Assembly: GCA_037447605.1 (NCBI GenBank)
Contig: CM074822.1
Coordinates: 1,759,492-1,823,491 of the forward strand
Reading direction: 5' to 3'
DNA length: 64,000 nt
Origin: Zygnema circumcarinatum SAG 698-1b
Lineage: Eukaryota > Plantae > Zygnematophyceae
In this document: in pieces, positions 11,674-24,666 of the stretch
Numbering within the stretch: the stretch's first letter is position 1
How the letters are laid out: each line of letters starts with the position of its first letter
Made by a program: the position numbers and the translations under genes
The notes under the pieces: model-generated
Seen by the model: the letters and a program-made list of their open reading frames with translations, nothing else
Database searches by the model: none
Told to the model about the DNA's origin: nothing

Positions 11674-13024
11674 AGACTATGTCACACAGATGACCCACCA
11701 TTGGCAAGCATTGGTCGGAACCGTTGACAATGGCTGGCAATTCAATGACAACCAATGGTTGGTTGCGAACATTTTGCCGCCAACCATTGTAGCAATTGCC
11801 AATCGTTGCTAAAACCCATCGCATCCAGTACCAATGGTTGCAACCATGCATTGTTTGGTCAAATGGGGGCTTCAGACTTGAGTACCACATGATTAGCCGA
11901 TCATTGGCTAGCAATGGCTAGTCATTGGTCAACCACCGTACAACTGCCAAGGACCCATAATTCGTACGGACGTCCATCCAGACGGTTTCCGGGACGGAAC
12001 AAGATGATGTCATACCCGGGCAGTGAAGAAACATTTTCTGTGCTACCCAAGATCTTTGCGAAGGTTCGAGAGCGATCGACATATCGCGCTAAACGACAAA
12101 CCATCCCGCCCGTTTGGAACTTTTGAAACTTCGAAAGATTTTCATGATACACGTGGCGGCATCTGTATGGCGAAGGAATCGATAGTAGAATCGAAGGATC
12201 CACGAAGGGCAGTCCTGTTTTTTTTTTTATTTGCCGACATAAAACTTTTTGCGAATATTCTATGTACGGCACGAAATATTTTCTCGAAGGTTTGGCCAAA
12301 GGGACCGAAAATACGTTAAGTCTCATATTTGGAAAACCGAAAACCGGACGTCCAAAGGAATTATTCTAGAAATTAAAAATTGATTTAATGGGCCAGTCCA
12401 GGCAGACCACGTAGGACAATTTTTGGGCTTGCACCAATTGGAACAAAGAATTTTTCGGAAAGAAAGCAATTTTTGCAAAACCTTGACCATTTTCAGTTTC
12501 AATTTTATTCGAAATAGTGTGACTCACACAAGACAAAAGCCCATTTTTTCTTTGTTTCTTTGAGCTCTCCAGAAATGTTTTTTTCTGTTCCAGAACCACT
12601 CACAATATGTCACGTGTCGCATTTTGCCTGCCCGCTTATAAGTTACGACCGAGCGGTCCATAACCGCATCTTGAAAACCGACGCCGGCCCGCATCGTCTA
12701 CAGAGCGAAAGGTCGCCGGTTCGAAACTTGGGGAGAAAAAGCGGCCGTGCAATAACTGGGAGGCGGCGGCAGCCTTTGGCTCCGGAAGCGGCACTTTTCG
12801 CTTTCCTTAGAAACTGGGCCTGCACGGTTTGAGGCTTTGTGGGAGGAGGGGGGAAAGCAGGGAGGAGGGGGGAAAGCAGGGAGGAGGGCGAAGGGAGAAG
12901 GGAGGGAGAAGGGAGGGAGAAGGGAGGAAGAGAGAGGGAAAGAGAGGGAGAAGGAAGAAGGGAGAGGAGAGAGAGGGAAGGAAGAAGAGGCAATAGAAGG
13001 CAGGCGGACAAAGAAGAGAGTACA

Positions 13025-13767
13025 ATGGTGAGTTTTGATGATGTCGGTGAAGAGCAATGGCTTGAATTACTTATCTGTCTGCTTCCATCTGTTTTCCTGG
13101 TTTGTGTTTTTTGTATTTCTGTTGCAAATCCTGCTGTGGAATCCCTGACACACGGCATGTATGGCTCTGCCTGTGTCTGTATGTGTCTGAATTCTGTCTG
13201 CAGGCTCTCGGTAACAAGCTTGTGACCGAGTCTAAGAGAACTGTGGGCGGCTCAGTAAAGGTATGGTTTCCGACTTCCATCTGAATTTCATGGCAAAGTA
13301 TCAATGCAAATTCTGATGACTAGCATGAAAAGGGGGTGAAGCAGCTGCTCAACATTCCAAACTGCACCATTCAGAAAGCCGAACCACTTTTCTCTTCCCC
13401 CTCTCCACACTGCTATTTCTTCACTTGGTACATAAAAAACTACTAATTAAAGTGAAAAAATCAGATGGTTTTCCATACTCTCTGCTCTGATTTAGATTAA
13501 AGCAAACCGTGTCTTTTGCCTGTCCAAGAGAGCCACTGCTACAACTTTCGGCATCTTTCCTCGTTTCTCTAACTGAGCCTCCTTCGAATGATGCTTGCAT
13601 TCCAGGTCATTTCTTCGTCAGAGTCACTCCCATATTGGGCGCAAATGCCAAAGAACCACGAAAGGATGCGCAAAAAGATGGCGGAAGTTAAAAAGCGAAT
13701 GAAAAAAGAGATCAAACCCATTGATGCAAAAAGTCCCCCGAGCAGTCCAATTTTCCGGAAGTTGTAG
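13025..13767 (+). CDS. Putative 73-aa basic microprotein of unknown function (3 exons)
   Basis: ATG|gtgagt at 13025-13027; tctgcag|13204-13260|gtatgg; ttccag|13606-13767 (TAG); all phase 0; GA-rich leader, upstream G-box and TGGGCC. Confidence 0.6.
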
Positions 13768-16070
13768 GCCGCCAGCTCTCGGGTATGACCGTGATGATAT
13801 GGCAAAAGCAGCAGTGGAACTATGCGGATCTCCAATGGCCAGCATATATACTTTTGAAACGGTCAGCATATTTTTTGAAACGGTTGGATGGTATCGCCTT
13901 TTTTTACTCGCTATTGTCTATCTCGCTATTGTTTATTTACTCGCTATTGTCTATCATCATCGCACTGTTTTCTCTATCTCTTTTAAGTAGAAGGTCACCT
14001 TAAGTTTAAAAATCTGATTAGCAACAGTTACTCGAGTGCAAAAGCTTGTACATAGCGACTTGAGAAACGAGGTAGAATTAGGTTACATTCGTTCCCTTTC
14101 GCTTTTTCCGTAAACTTGAGGGTTTAGTTTTGCCAATCATTTCTGGAAGCTGAAACGTTTTATGTAATTTCCCACTTTGCTTCAACATTTCTGAGTATCC
14201 AGGTTTACCCATGAATGGGCACATGCGCATGCATGAAGCGCGGCGGGATCATGACTTGAAGCATTCTCTGATCGAACATTGTATATGTGTTGAACTTTTC
14301 ATTGCAATATTTGTTAGCTTTGTTCAATGAAAGAGGCAGAGATGACCCCACAACTCAAAGACTGTCATTGTGTCTTCAAAAGTACCCACTTTTCTGAAAT
14401 GTCGCATGCATTCGTTCTACGATACGAACGATACGATACGATACGACTTCCATTAGGCATTAGGCTAACTCGCGACCCCAATTTTCGGTTTGCGGTTCGC
14501 AAAGCGCTCAATCTAGAAACCACAAACCACAAACCGGGTTCATAATTTGGAATTGACGTCATATTACGTCAGTGCACCGCAGCCTTGGCAGCCCCTGGGC
14601 GTTCCTATTCGCGCACTAGCAAGGGGAGTTCAGCAATCAGAAGTGGTCACGTGTTAAAAATATATACTTGTCGGCCACCCATTGGATATTTTGGTCGTAG
14701 TGGAAGCAGGTCCGCGCGACACGTCGCACAGTCCGGGCAAGTGTTGAGCGCCGTTCGTTGATCTTGATCCAGAATGTTGGTGGCGGGAGTCAGCCGTCTC
14801 AAGACCGCTGATTGGCTAGTGCAGGGTTGAACCTACGCTTGAAAATGTTGGTCTTGCCCAAGGTAGATCCTAACGCGAGCTATACGTCAATCCTGATTTA
14901 TCGTAGTCGCCGATCTACTTTGAATCATGTTTGGGTTCAACATTTTGAGGAAGTTCCCAGGAAGCTTCTCCCTGGTGGTTCCGTCGACCTCACGCAGAGA
15001 GCACTTTCAAATATTTGGAGCATGTGCAAGGCTTTGCGTGAGCTTTTTTGGAGATTAAAAAAGACGTTGATCATTCTTTTAGATATCAATAAGAAGAAGC
15101 ATATTGCACTGGTAAGTATTCGCAATATAGCTCTGACGTTTCTGTTTATGAGGCTTTTCTTGACAATGCTTTCGTTACTCATGCCGTTCCTGTACGATTG
15201 ATATCCAGGCTTTTTGAGCTTTGAATGTGCGCAGTTCTGTTTTTTCAGACACTATGTTGTTTGTAGTCAAGGCGTAAGCATGTAAAGGCAGTTTGTTATC
15301 TGCAAGGCCTTGTTTCGCTTATCACTGCTAGAGTTAGAGTCTGTGCTTTCTATCAGTATCAAGAAGATGCAAGCTGGACGTGGAGTAAAGTCTCTCCCAA
15401 AAAGGCTGTAAGGAATTTTATTTCGAGATGTCATTTGCATACTCTACATTCATATCGGCCCGTCAAGTGGACTTGTCCTGTGCTTTGCAGGAGCGGTTTT
15501 TTCCAACGTGCACCGTTTTGAGAGCAATTCTTAGCGATGAAGTCAAGTGCATTACTAAAGTGTGAGTCTGCAAGCAAAGGATCTCCTTCATTGGTTGGCC
15601 TTCGCCTATAAGAAGGCCGCAAGAAATCTATTGTCAGCCCTTGTTTCTGCTTTCGTTTCTAGAAATAATTTGGCTGTCTATATTCGGAAAAATCGCATGC
15701 TCAGCCGATAGAGACCTCCAGTTTACTGAGTGATACATCGTTGTCGCAATGATTCAGAAACGGTTGTGCAACACTGTCTGTGGAGCCAGCACTTCCTTAA
15801 CACCATGAAGTCCTTGTTTAGCTTGAAACTTACTACCATAAAAAAAGTGACATTCTGTATAGCAACATGATCCGTACATAAACAGTGAACCGCCATTCCT
15901 TAACCAGTCATTGTGAAGATATCCTTGAAGAAACCCAGCAGTAATGGAAGTGGCGATAAAACCTTTTGAGTAAATTGTAGAGGCACTTTTAAAGGCATGA
16001 CACCCCTTCAGCTTGGTTTCATTGGTCGGTATAATTTTTTCTTGGTTGATTTTTTTTTTAGCATCCTGAT

Positions 16071-19000
16071 ATGAGACACCTAGCTTGTTGTACCTCTTGT
16101 AAACTCAGTTTTGATTCTGACACGCGCATCTGTTTCCTGCTCTTATCTGCAATTTGTTCCTCAACTGCAGTGAGTAGTATTACTTGGAAAACTTCAAGCA
16201 ACACAGAAGAAGTGATTGGAGCAGCTGTGTCGATTTTGAACCTATTAGTGTTTGGCACAGTGAGCTATTTCCGAAGAAATTCGCCATTCGAGTCCACCTT
16301 AGTGTCACTGCTGCATTGGTGTGGGCCATTGCTTTTATCGACGCTGTTGGCTGGTTTTGTAACGTTTCACATATTTACAGTAGCTGAGCTTAACCTTCCT
16401 TCAACAGTGGTTCTGGCTATTTGGGCTGTAATATTTTTTGCCGTCTTTGCATATGGAATCTTCACTTGCAAACAAAGAAAGCCAGAGCTAGAAGGGAATG
16501 TTGAATTTTCGGAACCCCTTCTAGGCAATGCCGAGTTGAACACTGAGGAAAGGAAGGACCGACCAGAGTGTTTTGAAATAGTTGATGTTGATAAGGAGCC
16601 AATATGGAGAATCTTCTCCTTTTGGTGGATGAACAAGTTCCTTGCTCATGGTTACCGGAAAACTTGGACTATAGAAGACTGTCCTCGACTAGGGCAAAGG
16701 GATCAAGCCTCTGTACAATATGAGCGATTTCGAGCCTTTTGGGAGCTGCGTGGAAGGAAGCATCCGGAAACGAAACAGTCCCTTGTGTGGGTCTTGTGGG
16801 ACACTTTCTGGCCGCAAATGCTTTTCAATGGTTTCATGGCCATGATTTATCTTGTTTGCCTGTATTCAGGCCCGGTCATGCTTGGGGTACTGGTACGGTT
16901 TGTAGGTAGAGAAGATCGAACAGCCTTCGAGGGTGTAGCTCTGGTGGGTATACTTCTACTAGCAAAAGTGACTCAGGCTTTGGCGGAACGAAGGTGGTAC
17001 TTTGGAGTAGAGAGACTGGGGGTGTGGATTCGCTCAGCCCTTGTGACGAACACGTACAGAAAGGGATTGCGGTTATCAAATTCGGCAAAAGGCACTCATG
17101 GGTCCGGCGAGATAGTGAACTACCTCTCAGTCGATGTGGAGGTATGTAGATACCTTTAGTTTGGCATCTTCAACTTCGTTGGTTTTGTTTCGCCTTTCTT
17201 GGATCGATGAATTTTTTTTGTCGCCAGCCTGCCTTCGAGTTCGGAATTTTGTCCATTTCCTTACCACGGTGATGAGTAAGATTCCAGATCTGCTTGATGT
17301 TCAGCAGTTTGGGGGTTAAAGGTTTCTGCAGAAAATCGTGGAGTTTATGTGGTGGATGCACGATACATGGTTGCTGCCCACGCAGGCAGTCATTGCTTTT
17401 GTCATACTTTTCGCCACTGTAAGGATGACCTTGGCCCAATTTGAAAGTGAACTGGCCTTTACTATCATGGCATGTCGAAACTTATTCGATTTATGTTGGA
17501 AGCGAGTTTTTCCTTTGTGCAACAATATCATTTCCATTGTATAGGATTTGTTGTTTAAGGAATAGGAGGAGATAGTCCAGTTGGTGGTTGATAAACAAGG
17601 AAAAAGGGTTGGAAAATCATTCATGGTGCAGGTGGGCTGGGCCGCTTTAGCTGGAATGGGTATAATTTTCGTTTGCATTGGGCTACAAGTGCCCCTTGCT
17701 CGTCAGACAGAAAAGATTCAAACTAAGGTGAGAGATTGTGCATCGTTGAGTTGCAAAAATGGTGAGGTGGCCGGTGCCTGCAAACTTTATTAGGCCTATT
17801 TCAGGCTTGGCTATTGTGGCGAACGAAGTTAATTGAGCAGAAGAGCGTTAGTTCATGAATGATAGGCACGTTCTTATTACTGTTGAGATTGTATGTAACC
17901 ACAATGAATGAGATGGACCTGCTTCAAACATTCACTCCTCTTATCGCATGCAAGAGAGAATCAACCCATAAAAGTTGCACAACTGGCTGCAGTACACTCA
18001 AAAAGTGAGCATAATGATCGCACAAATGTGATGTTTTTGATCACATGTGATGTCGCTTGCATGCAGGTCATGGCAGCTAAAGATGCGCGATTGAAGGTGA
18101 CCACTGAATACCTGAAAGGCATGCGCGTCATCAAGCTCTGGGCATGGGAGGATTCTTTTCGTGGAAAGCTTGAATCCCTCCGAGCTGCCGAATTTCGATT
18201 TCTGACCCTTAATGCGGCTTTAAAGACTGCTAACATCTTCCTTATCTACCTCTGCCCGCTCCTTGTTGCCCTCGTCACTCTTGGAGTGTGTGTTCTCATC
18301 GGGGAGCCTCTAACGAGTGCAAAAGTGTTCACAGCAATCGCAACGTTCAGGATCCTCCAAGACCCACTTTTCCTTCTCCCGCTTCTTATTGTACAACTTG
18401 CAGAAGCCAGTGTGTCTCTCACTCGTCTCCAAACCCTCTTCCACTCAGAAGAGCTTCAGAATGATGCTGTCGAAAAGGTGACAGTGAATGAAAGCTTGAC
18501 CGATAGTCTTGAAATCCAGTCGAAACCGGTAATTAGCATAGAGGACGGAACATTCAGCTGGGGTAGAGGGAGAAAAAACAACGAGAAAGCAAGCCATACC
18601 AATGATGACAGCAGTGGCTTTGATGAGGGAAAGAAGGAAAAGGACAAACTCCAGGATGAGGATCGGGTGATTCTGCATGATATCTTTATGGAGGTCGGTC
18701 GAGGAGGCCGAGTGGCAATATGTGGCACAGTGGGGTCCGGGAAATCCAGCCTGCTTTCGTGCATTTTGGGGGAGATGACCAAGCTCTCAGGGAAGGTAAC
18801 AAAAAGGAGCCCACCCAGCCTGTTGGAGAACTCTGCGATAGTTCGTTTGAAGAGACAAGACTAGACTAGGCTAGTCATCTTCAGGAAAGCTTATTGTTTA
18901 CATCTATGAGGAGGGATGTCTGTGTCGGTTGAGGCAATCAGGACTGAAAATTGAAGTAAACTTCTGGCAGCAATCTGTGGTTTCTAACAATCCTTGTTGG

Positions 19001-22000
19001 AAACTCGGCCCCAGTCAAACAGTTATCACTAAAGGATTCTCAAATGGGTCGTAATCCTTCACTTCTTTAGGAGAGTTTTCTTTTCTTGTGCATAATTTTG
19101 TGCAGGTGCGTGTTCAAGGGAAAGTGGCATATGTCCCACAGTCTCCCTGGATTCAGAGCGGCACCATCGAGGCCAACATCCTTTTTGGAGAAAAGATGGA
19201 TCGCCAACGCTACGAGGAGGCCATCTCAGTTTGTTCCCTCAAACCGGACCTTCGCGTGCTTCCAGGCGCCGATAAGACGGAAATTGGGGAACGCGGAATC
19301 AACGTGAGTGGGGGGCAAAAGCAGCGCATTCAGCTTGCCCGTGCAGTTTACCAAAATGCAGACATTTATCTGCTCGACGATCCCTTCAGTGCTGTCGACG
19401 CACATACTGGGACTGAGCTTTTCAAGGTGAGGAGGCGGAAATTCCAATCTTAAATGTCAGGTTGCTAAGAGAGCGAAGTAATAACGCGTTTGCTATCGGA
19501 CAATGGCGTGGGATATAATCTGGTAGGTTACTTCTCAAGTGAGGCTGAAGATTTTGTGTGCTTTGAAGTGAATGAGTCGTTAAGGGCAATCACAGAAATG
19601 GTTCAGGTAACTGATCAGCACCTTGGTAAAACGTGATGTGTGAGAGAAGATCGATAGTCATCCAAAAACTGAACGGATAACAGAGAAGTGCAGAAGTTGC
19701 TTGATGTCACGTGTCAGCTAAAGACCTTGAATGCCACATTTGCAGATTAACTCACTTTCGCTTTCACTCGAAATGGCTTCTAAAGACTGAATGCCTATTT
19801 CATAATTTGTTTTTTGAATCCAGGAGTGTGTTATGGGGGCCCTTGCAAACAAAACTGTGATACTTGTTACTCACCAGGTGGAGTTCTTGCCAGCTGTCGA
19901 CATGATATTGGTGTGTTCCTCGCATCCTTTCTCCTGCCACCGCTATGGCCCCTATGGAACTCAAGTTTTAGTTCGATGAATGAGGATTACCCCCACACGA
20001 TCTGGAAACCAACTTCGTATACATCAACATTGTTGTAAACTTCCTGTCGTTTCGTCGTCTTATCCCGTCCACCCTAATCTATCCTCATGCCAAGTTTCTC
20101 CATTTTCTATTCATTTACTGAGATTCAAAAATGGTTTGGAGCAGGTGATGCGAGAAGGTAGAATCGTGCAAAGGGGCCGATACGATGAGCTGCTAAGTGC
20201 AGGCACGGATTTCAGTGCACTTGTAGATGCTCACAATGAGGCTATGAACACTGTCGACAATGTGGAGAAAGGAGCCAAGTCTGAGAGTCTGGAAGCTGTG
20301 CTTGAAGAAGTTCTAGGGGGCTCTCAAAAGGACGGAGCAGAAAGCACTGTTTTTGGACGCTCCCCTTCTTTAAGTCGGACCGGGAGCGAGCGGGGACTCC
20401 TCCTTACAGACAGGCAGAGGGAGGTCGGGACTGAGGGAGAGTGGGCGGAATTGGTGGAAGAGGAAGAGAGTGAGATGGGAGCGGTAGGATTGGAGGTGTA
20501 CGTGGCGTATTTGAGGGGGTTCTGGGGAGGCACCCTTGTGCCGTTCATTTTATTGGCCCTTGTGGCCTACCAAGCCACACAGATATCTGGCAATTTCTGG
20601 CTGTCGTATGCTGTCAGCCCGGAGAATAGGGTGAATCCGCGTGATATGATTCGGGTCTATGCATGGCTCACAAGTGGGGGAGTCCTTTTCGTGCTTATTC
20701 GTACGGTGGCTGTCAATTTTGGTGGGGTTCTGACCGCCCAAGGATTTTTCTTGGGCATGCTTAGAGCCATTTTTCGAGCACCAATGTCCTTTTTCGATAC
20801 CACGCCAACAGGTCGCATTCTTGCAAGGGTGAGAGGACAATGTGAAATAATGTTTTTGTTCAGAAAGTGCCCTTGTTTAACTATCTCTCAACACTTTCTT
20901 GCTTTTGGTTCAATTCCTTCTCCACTTCCTCCTCTACTGCAAGGCTCTCGTCGTCCAAGTTAGTGAACTTCAATATGAACATTTCTTTACGTGTATATAA
21001 CACCGCAGGTATCCTCCGATCAAACTCGTTTGGACCTTGACATTCCTCAATCCTTTTCGGGAGCACTACGCAATATGATGGAGCTGGCAGGCATCCTTTT
21101 TGTGACATCTTTTATCACCCCCCAAATGCTTCTTGCCAGCATTCCCTGCGGGGTGGCGGTTATTCTCTTGCAGGCAAGCCCGTGGGCTCCTGTTTAGGGA
21201 GGAGAGAATGCGAGAGATTGCTCTTTCTCTGAGTAAATAGAATCAGCCAAGATTCTGATCCTGAGCTTTAAATTGCCACTAGCTTACCGGTTTCTAGTCT
21301 TTTTTTGAAGGGCTCTGATTAAAGATGTCAGTTATGGAATTCTTCGACGACAGAACTGTCTGGTGATGCTCATGAACTGTGAAAAATTCCCTGTTCCTTA
21401 TCCTCAGTATTGGGAATATCAAGGATTGCATATCAATGCTTTTCAATATGGATGTGCTGAAAGCGGAAGCAACTTTTTGTAACTTGCAGTCGTATTACCT
21501 CAAGTCATCACGTGAGCTGACTCGGGTCGCTGCCATCTGTCAAGCCCCTATTTTGAACAACTTTTCAGGTTAGTACGTTTGGGAAGAGAAGAGAAACAGA
21601 GTTAGGGGGGCTAACTTGAAGGTTGTAGGTTCTCTACAGGTTCTACCGGTCAATGTCTGCTTTTTTCAACTCGTGGTTTCTTGATCTTTGTGATTGGAGT
21701 TCTTTCTGGAATTTTCCGCAGCAAAGCTTATCTTCCCTCATTCAGGGCAGGCCTGAAAAAGTTCTGAATCTGAGCATTTTTCTTTTAAATATGGCAGAAT
21801 CCGTCACTGGGGCTGCAACTATCCGTGCATCTGAAAAGAGCTCTCAGTTTATGAAAACTCATATGGATCTTGTCAATGTGAACAACCGGCCGAACTTCAT
21901 CAATAGTGCGGCCTCCCATTGGTTCATGCTCCGTCTTGAAGTATTGGCAGCCACTGTTTTCTCCCTCTCCGCAGTCCTACTGGTCTTGCTACCCAGCACC

Positions 22001-24666
22001 GTCATCTCGCCTGGTGAGTAGTCAGAAATGGAAACAAAGCTGTACTTGATTCATATACCGAAATGACAAGTGTAATTCCAAGAGAGTATATCCTGGAATG
22101 TTCTCCTTATTCACGAACCCGGAGAGAAATTCTGGCTTTTCCTTCCCACCACTCTATCCTTGAACACCGTATGAAAATGAACAATAGGTGAACGTGGACG
22201 ATGGTTTTCTTTCTCGTTCTTAGACTTGCTTCTTACATGTAGATCATATTGGGCTGTTTGATTCCCGCAGCTTTAGCAGGGCTATCACTCGCGTACGGCC
22301 TCACCCTGAACGAGGCCCTCTGCTTTTGGGCGTGGTGGTCATCTCAGCTCGAGAACAAAATCATTTCTGTCGAACGCATCCGCCAATACACGAAGTTGCC
22401 TCAGGAAGCTCCCCACATAATTCCGGATAGCAGGCCCCCTCCCCATTGGCCCCATGAAGGCAAAATAGAAATGCAGCATCTGCAGGTGTGTAGTAATCGA
22501 CCGACTCCAATGTAGACATGACTTAGGAAATTGACTTTTGGTCAACACAGCCTTTCTTCTGGACACTGATCGCCTGCACATATGCCCTTGCAGGTCAGGT
22601 ACAGGGAGAACACTCCTCTTGTACTTCGGGACCTGACTTGTGTGGTGGAGGGAGGAGAGAAGGTGGGAGTGGTTGGTCGGACTGGCAGTGGTAAGAGCAC
22701 ACTCATTCTCGCACTGTTCCGTGTGGTTGAGCCGGCGGGAGGGTCCATTGTGATCGATGGTATCGACATTACTAAGATTGGGCTGAAAGACCTTCGAGAG
22801 AGGCTCAGCATCATTCCACAGGAGCCCACTCTCTTCCTCGGCTCCGTCCGCTCTAATATGGACCCACTTCATGAATTTACCGATTCTGAAATTTGGGAGG
22901 TTAGTGCCTCTTATACAGACTCAGACTTTCGGTGACTTCATTCAATGCGTCTCGGGTCTTATTGATCTGAAATAAGGGTTATCTACCATATCAATTTTAC
23001 AGTGAGGGTTGGTTCTGGACAAACTGTCCTGACTTTGAACCTTCTCTTGCTTTTCATGCCAGCTAGTGTCATTCCTAAATAATTTGGCATTTATTTTATT
23101 TTCTTTCTTTGTAATAATGCGGATCAAAGTGCTTCTTCATGGTTTTTTTTTTTCCTTTCATCAAGGAAAGAACAAACACGTTTCATACCTTTTTGTTTTG
23201 CATATTTTCTCACTGCAGGCCCTGGATAGGTGTCAGCTCGGTGACATCGTTCGAGGCAAAAGTGAAAGACTAGACGCTTCTGGTGAGATCTGCAGCTTCA
23301 GAATTGAGCTCCTATTCGATTGGGATTCAATCTATTCCTTAATCTAGTGGACGTGATTGTGTCTGTTTTACAGTGCATCCTTCGCATGTTGACTTGCACT
23401 GCATCCAGGAGTGAATGTGCTTATCAGAATGCCATTTGAAAGGAGAGGAGAAGGAGCGGTTGTAGGGTGGGGGAGATGGCGGGGAGCCATAGCTGAAGGA
23501 TCAAAAGAAAGGCTTCTTTGGGAAAACAGAGGAGAGTTCTTGGGTCTCTCATCTCTAGGGTTTCCAGTATATTGGGTTTTCTGATAGCATTTCGACAGCA
23601 CAAGGGCCGAAGTTTTTCGATGTCTGCCATAGTGCAATTTTTTTCTTGAACACTCTGCTGATGGCTCGTCCCTTGCCTGCCTTTTCTTGTCTATTTCCTA
23701 TCCCACCTTCCTCCAGTTTCAGATAGTGGCGAGAATTGGAGTGTTGGGCAGCGTCAGCTCTTCTGTTTAGGCCGAGCCCTTCTGAAGGGCTCGCGAATTC
23801 TCGTTCTCGACGAGGCCACTGCTTCTGTGGATGCTGCCACGGATGCCCTCATTCAGCGTACAATCGCGGAGCACTGCTCGTCCTGCACCGTCATCAGCAT
23901 CGCGCACCGCATTCCCACTGTCATTGACAGCGATAAAGTGCTCGTTCTCCACGAAGGTGTGTCCGTAACCTTCGTTCTCGGAGATCAGTGTTAGGGAGAG
24001 GGAATGGGACAGGAAGGCGGTGAGGGAGAAGGCGGGGGCGAGGGAGAGGGGCGGGGAGAGGGAGGGGGAGCAGCGGCAGAGAGGTATTGGTAGTGCAACT
24101 TGCGCTTTAGAACTAAGAGTGTTAAATGTTATGTCATGCCCGTTTGAGGCGGCAGATGGGTTGAAGCTTTTGCCTGTGAGTAGAAGGGCCGTTTTTTAGC
24201 TTGCAGCTTTCTTCTCATGTGGTGGTATTTGGTTTTATGGGGGAAGGAGGACAAGGAAAAGTGGGAGAGGAGAAGAGGGAGAGGGGGGGAGAGCGAGGTG
24301 AAAAACGAAGGGCAGGGAGAGGGCAAAGGGGGAGGTAGAGGTGAAAAATGAAGGGAAGGTAGGAGGAGGGGGGGAGTGGGAGCGCGGAGGTGGGAAAAGG
24401 GAGAAAGAAAGGCAGAGGAGGAGAGGGAGATAGGGCGAAGGGGGGCCTGAGAAGAGTAGGAAAAGCATCTCTCGGAACCTGACCTTGTCGCCGTCCCTGT
24501 TGCAGGGAGAGTTGCTGAATACGATTCTCCGAAGAAACTATTGGAGGGCAAGAGCTCCATGTTCGCCAAGCTTGTGGCGGAATACGCGAAACGCTCCGGA
24601 AGTATGGCGGACCTGGCGTCCCTCTCACGCATTCAGTCTGAGCAGAATCTGGAGGGTTTGTCCTGA
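16071..24666 (+). CDS. ABC transporter subfamily C (MRP), full length, 15 exons; resembles the ABCC5 clade
   Basis: Exons 16071-17141, 17332-17418, 17632-17727, 18067-18795, 19106-19426, 19824-19910, 20145-20828, 21009-21173, 21490-21568, 21798-22013, 22271-22485, 22594-22899, 23219-23282, 23717-23956, 24506-24666; Walker [10 protein letters not shown] and [45 protein letters not shown]; true start may lie upstream. Confidence 0.95.

Noticed and set aside
13756-13764. Microprotein C-terminal RKL as a peroxisomal PTS1
   Set aside because: Position -3 is Arg, not the small residue of canonical PTS1.
14554-14571. as-1/ocs element upstream of ABCC
   Set aside because: The two TGACG-type palindromes are 10 bp apart rather than the canonical 12; kept only as generic bZIP sites.
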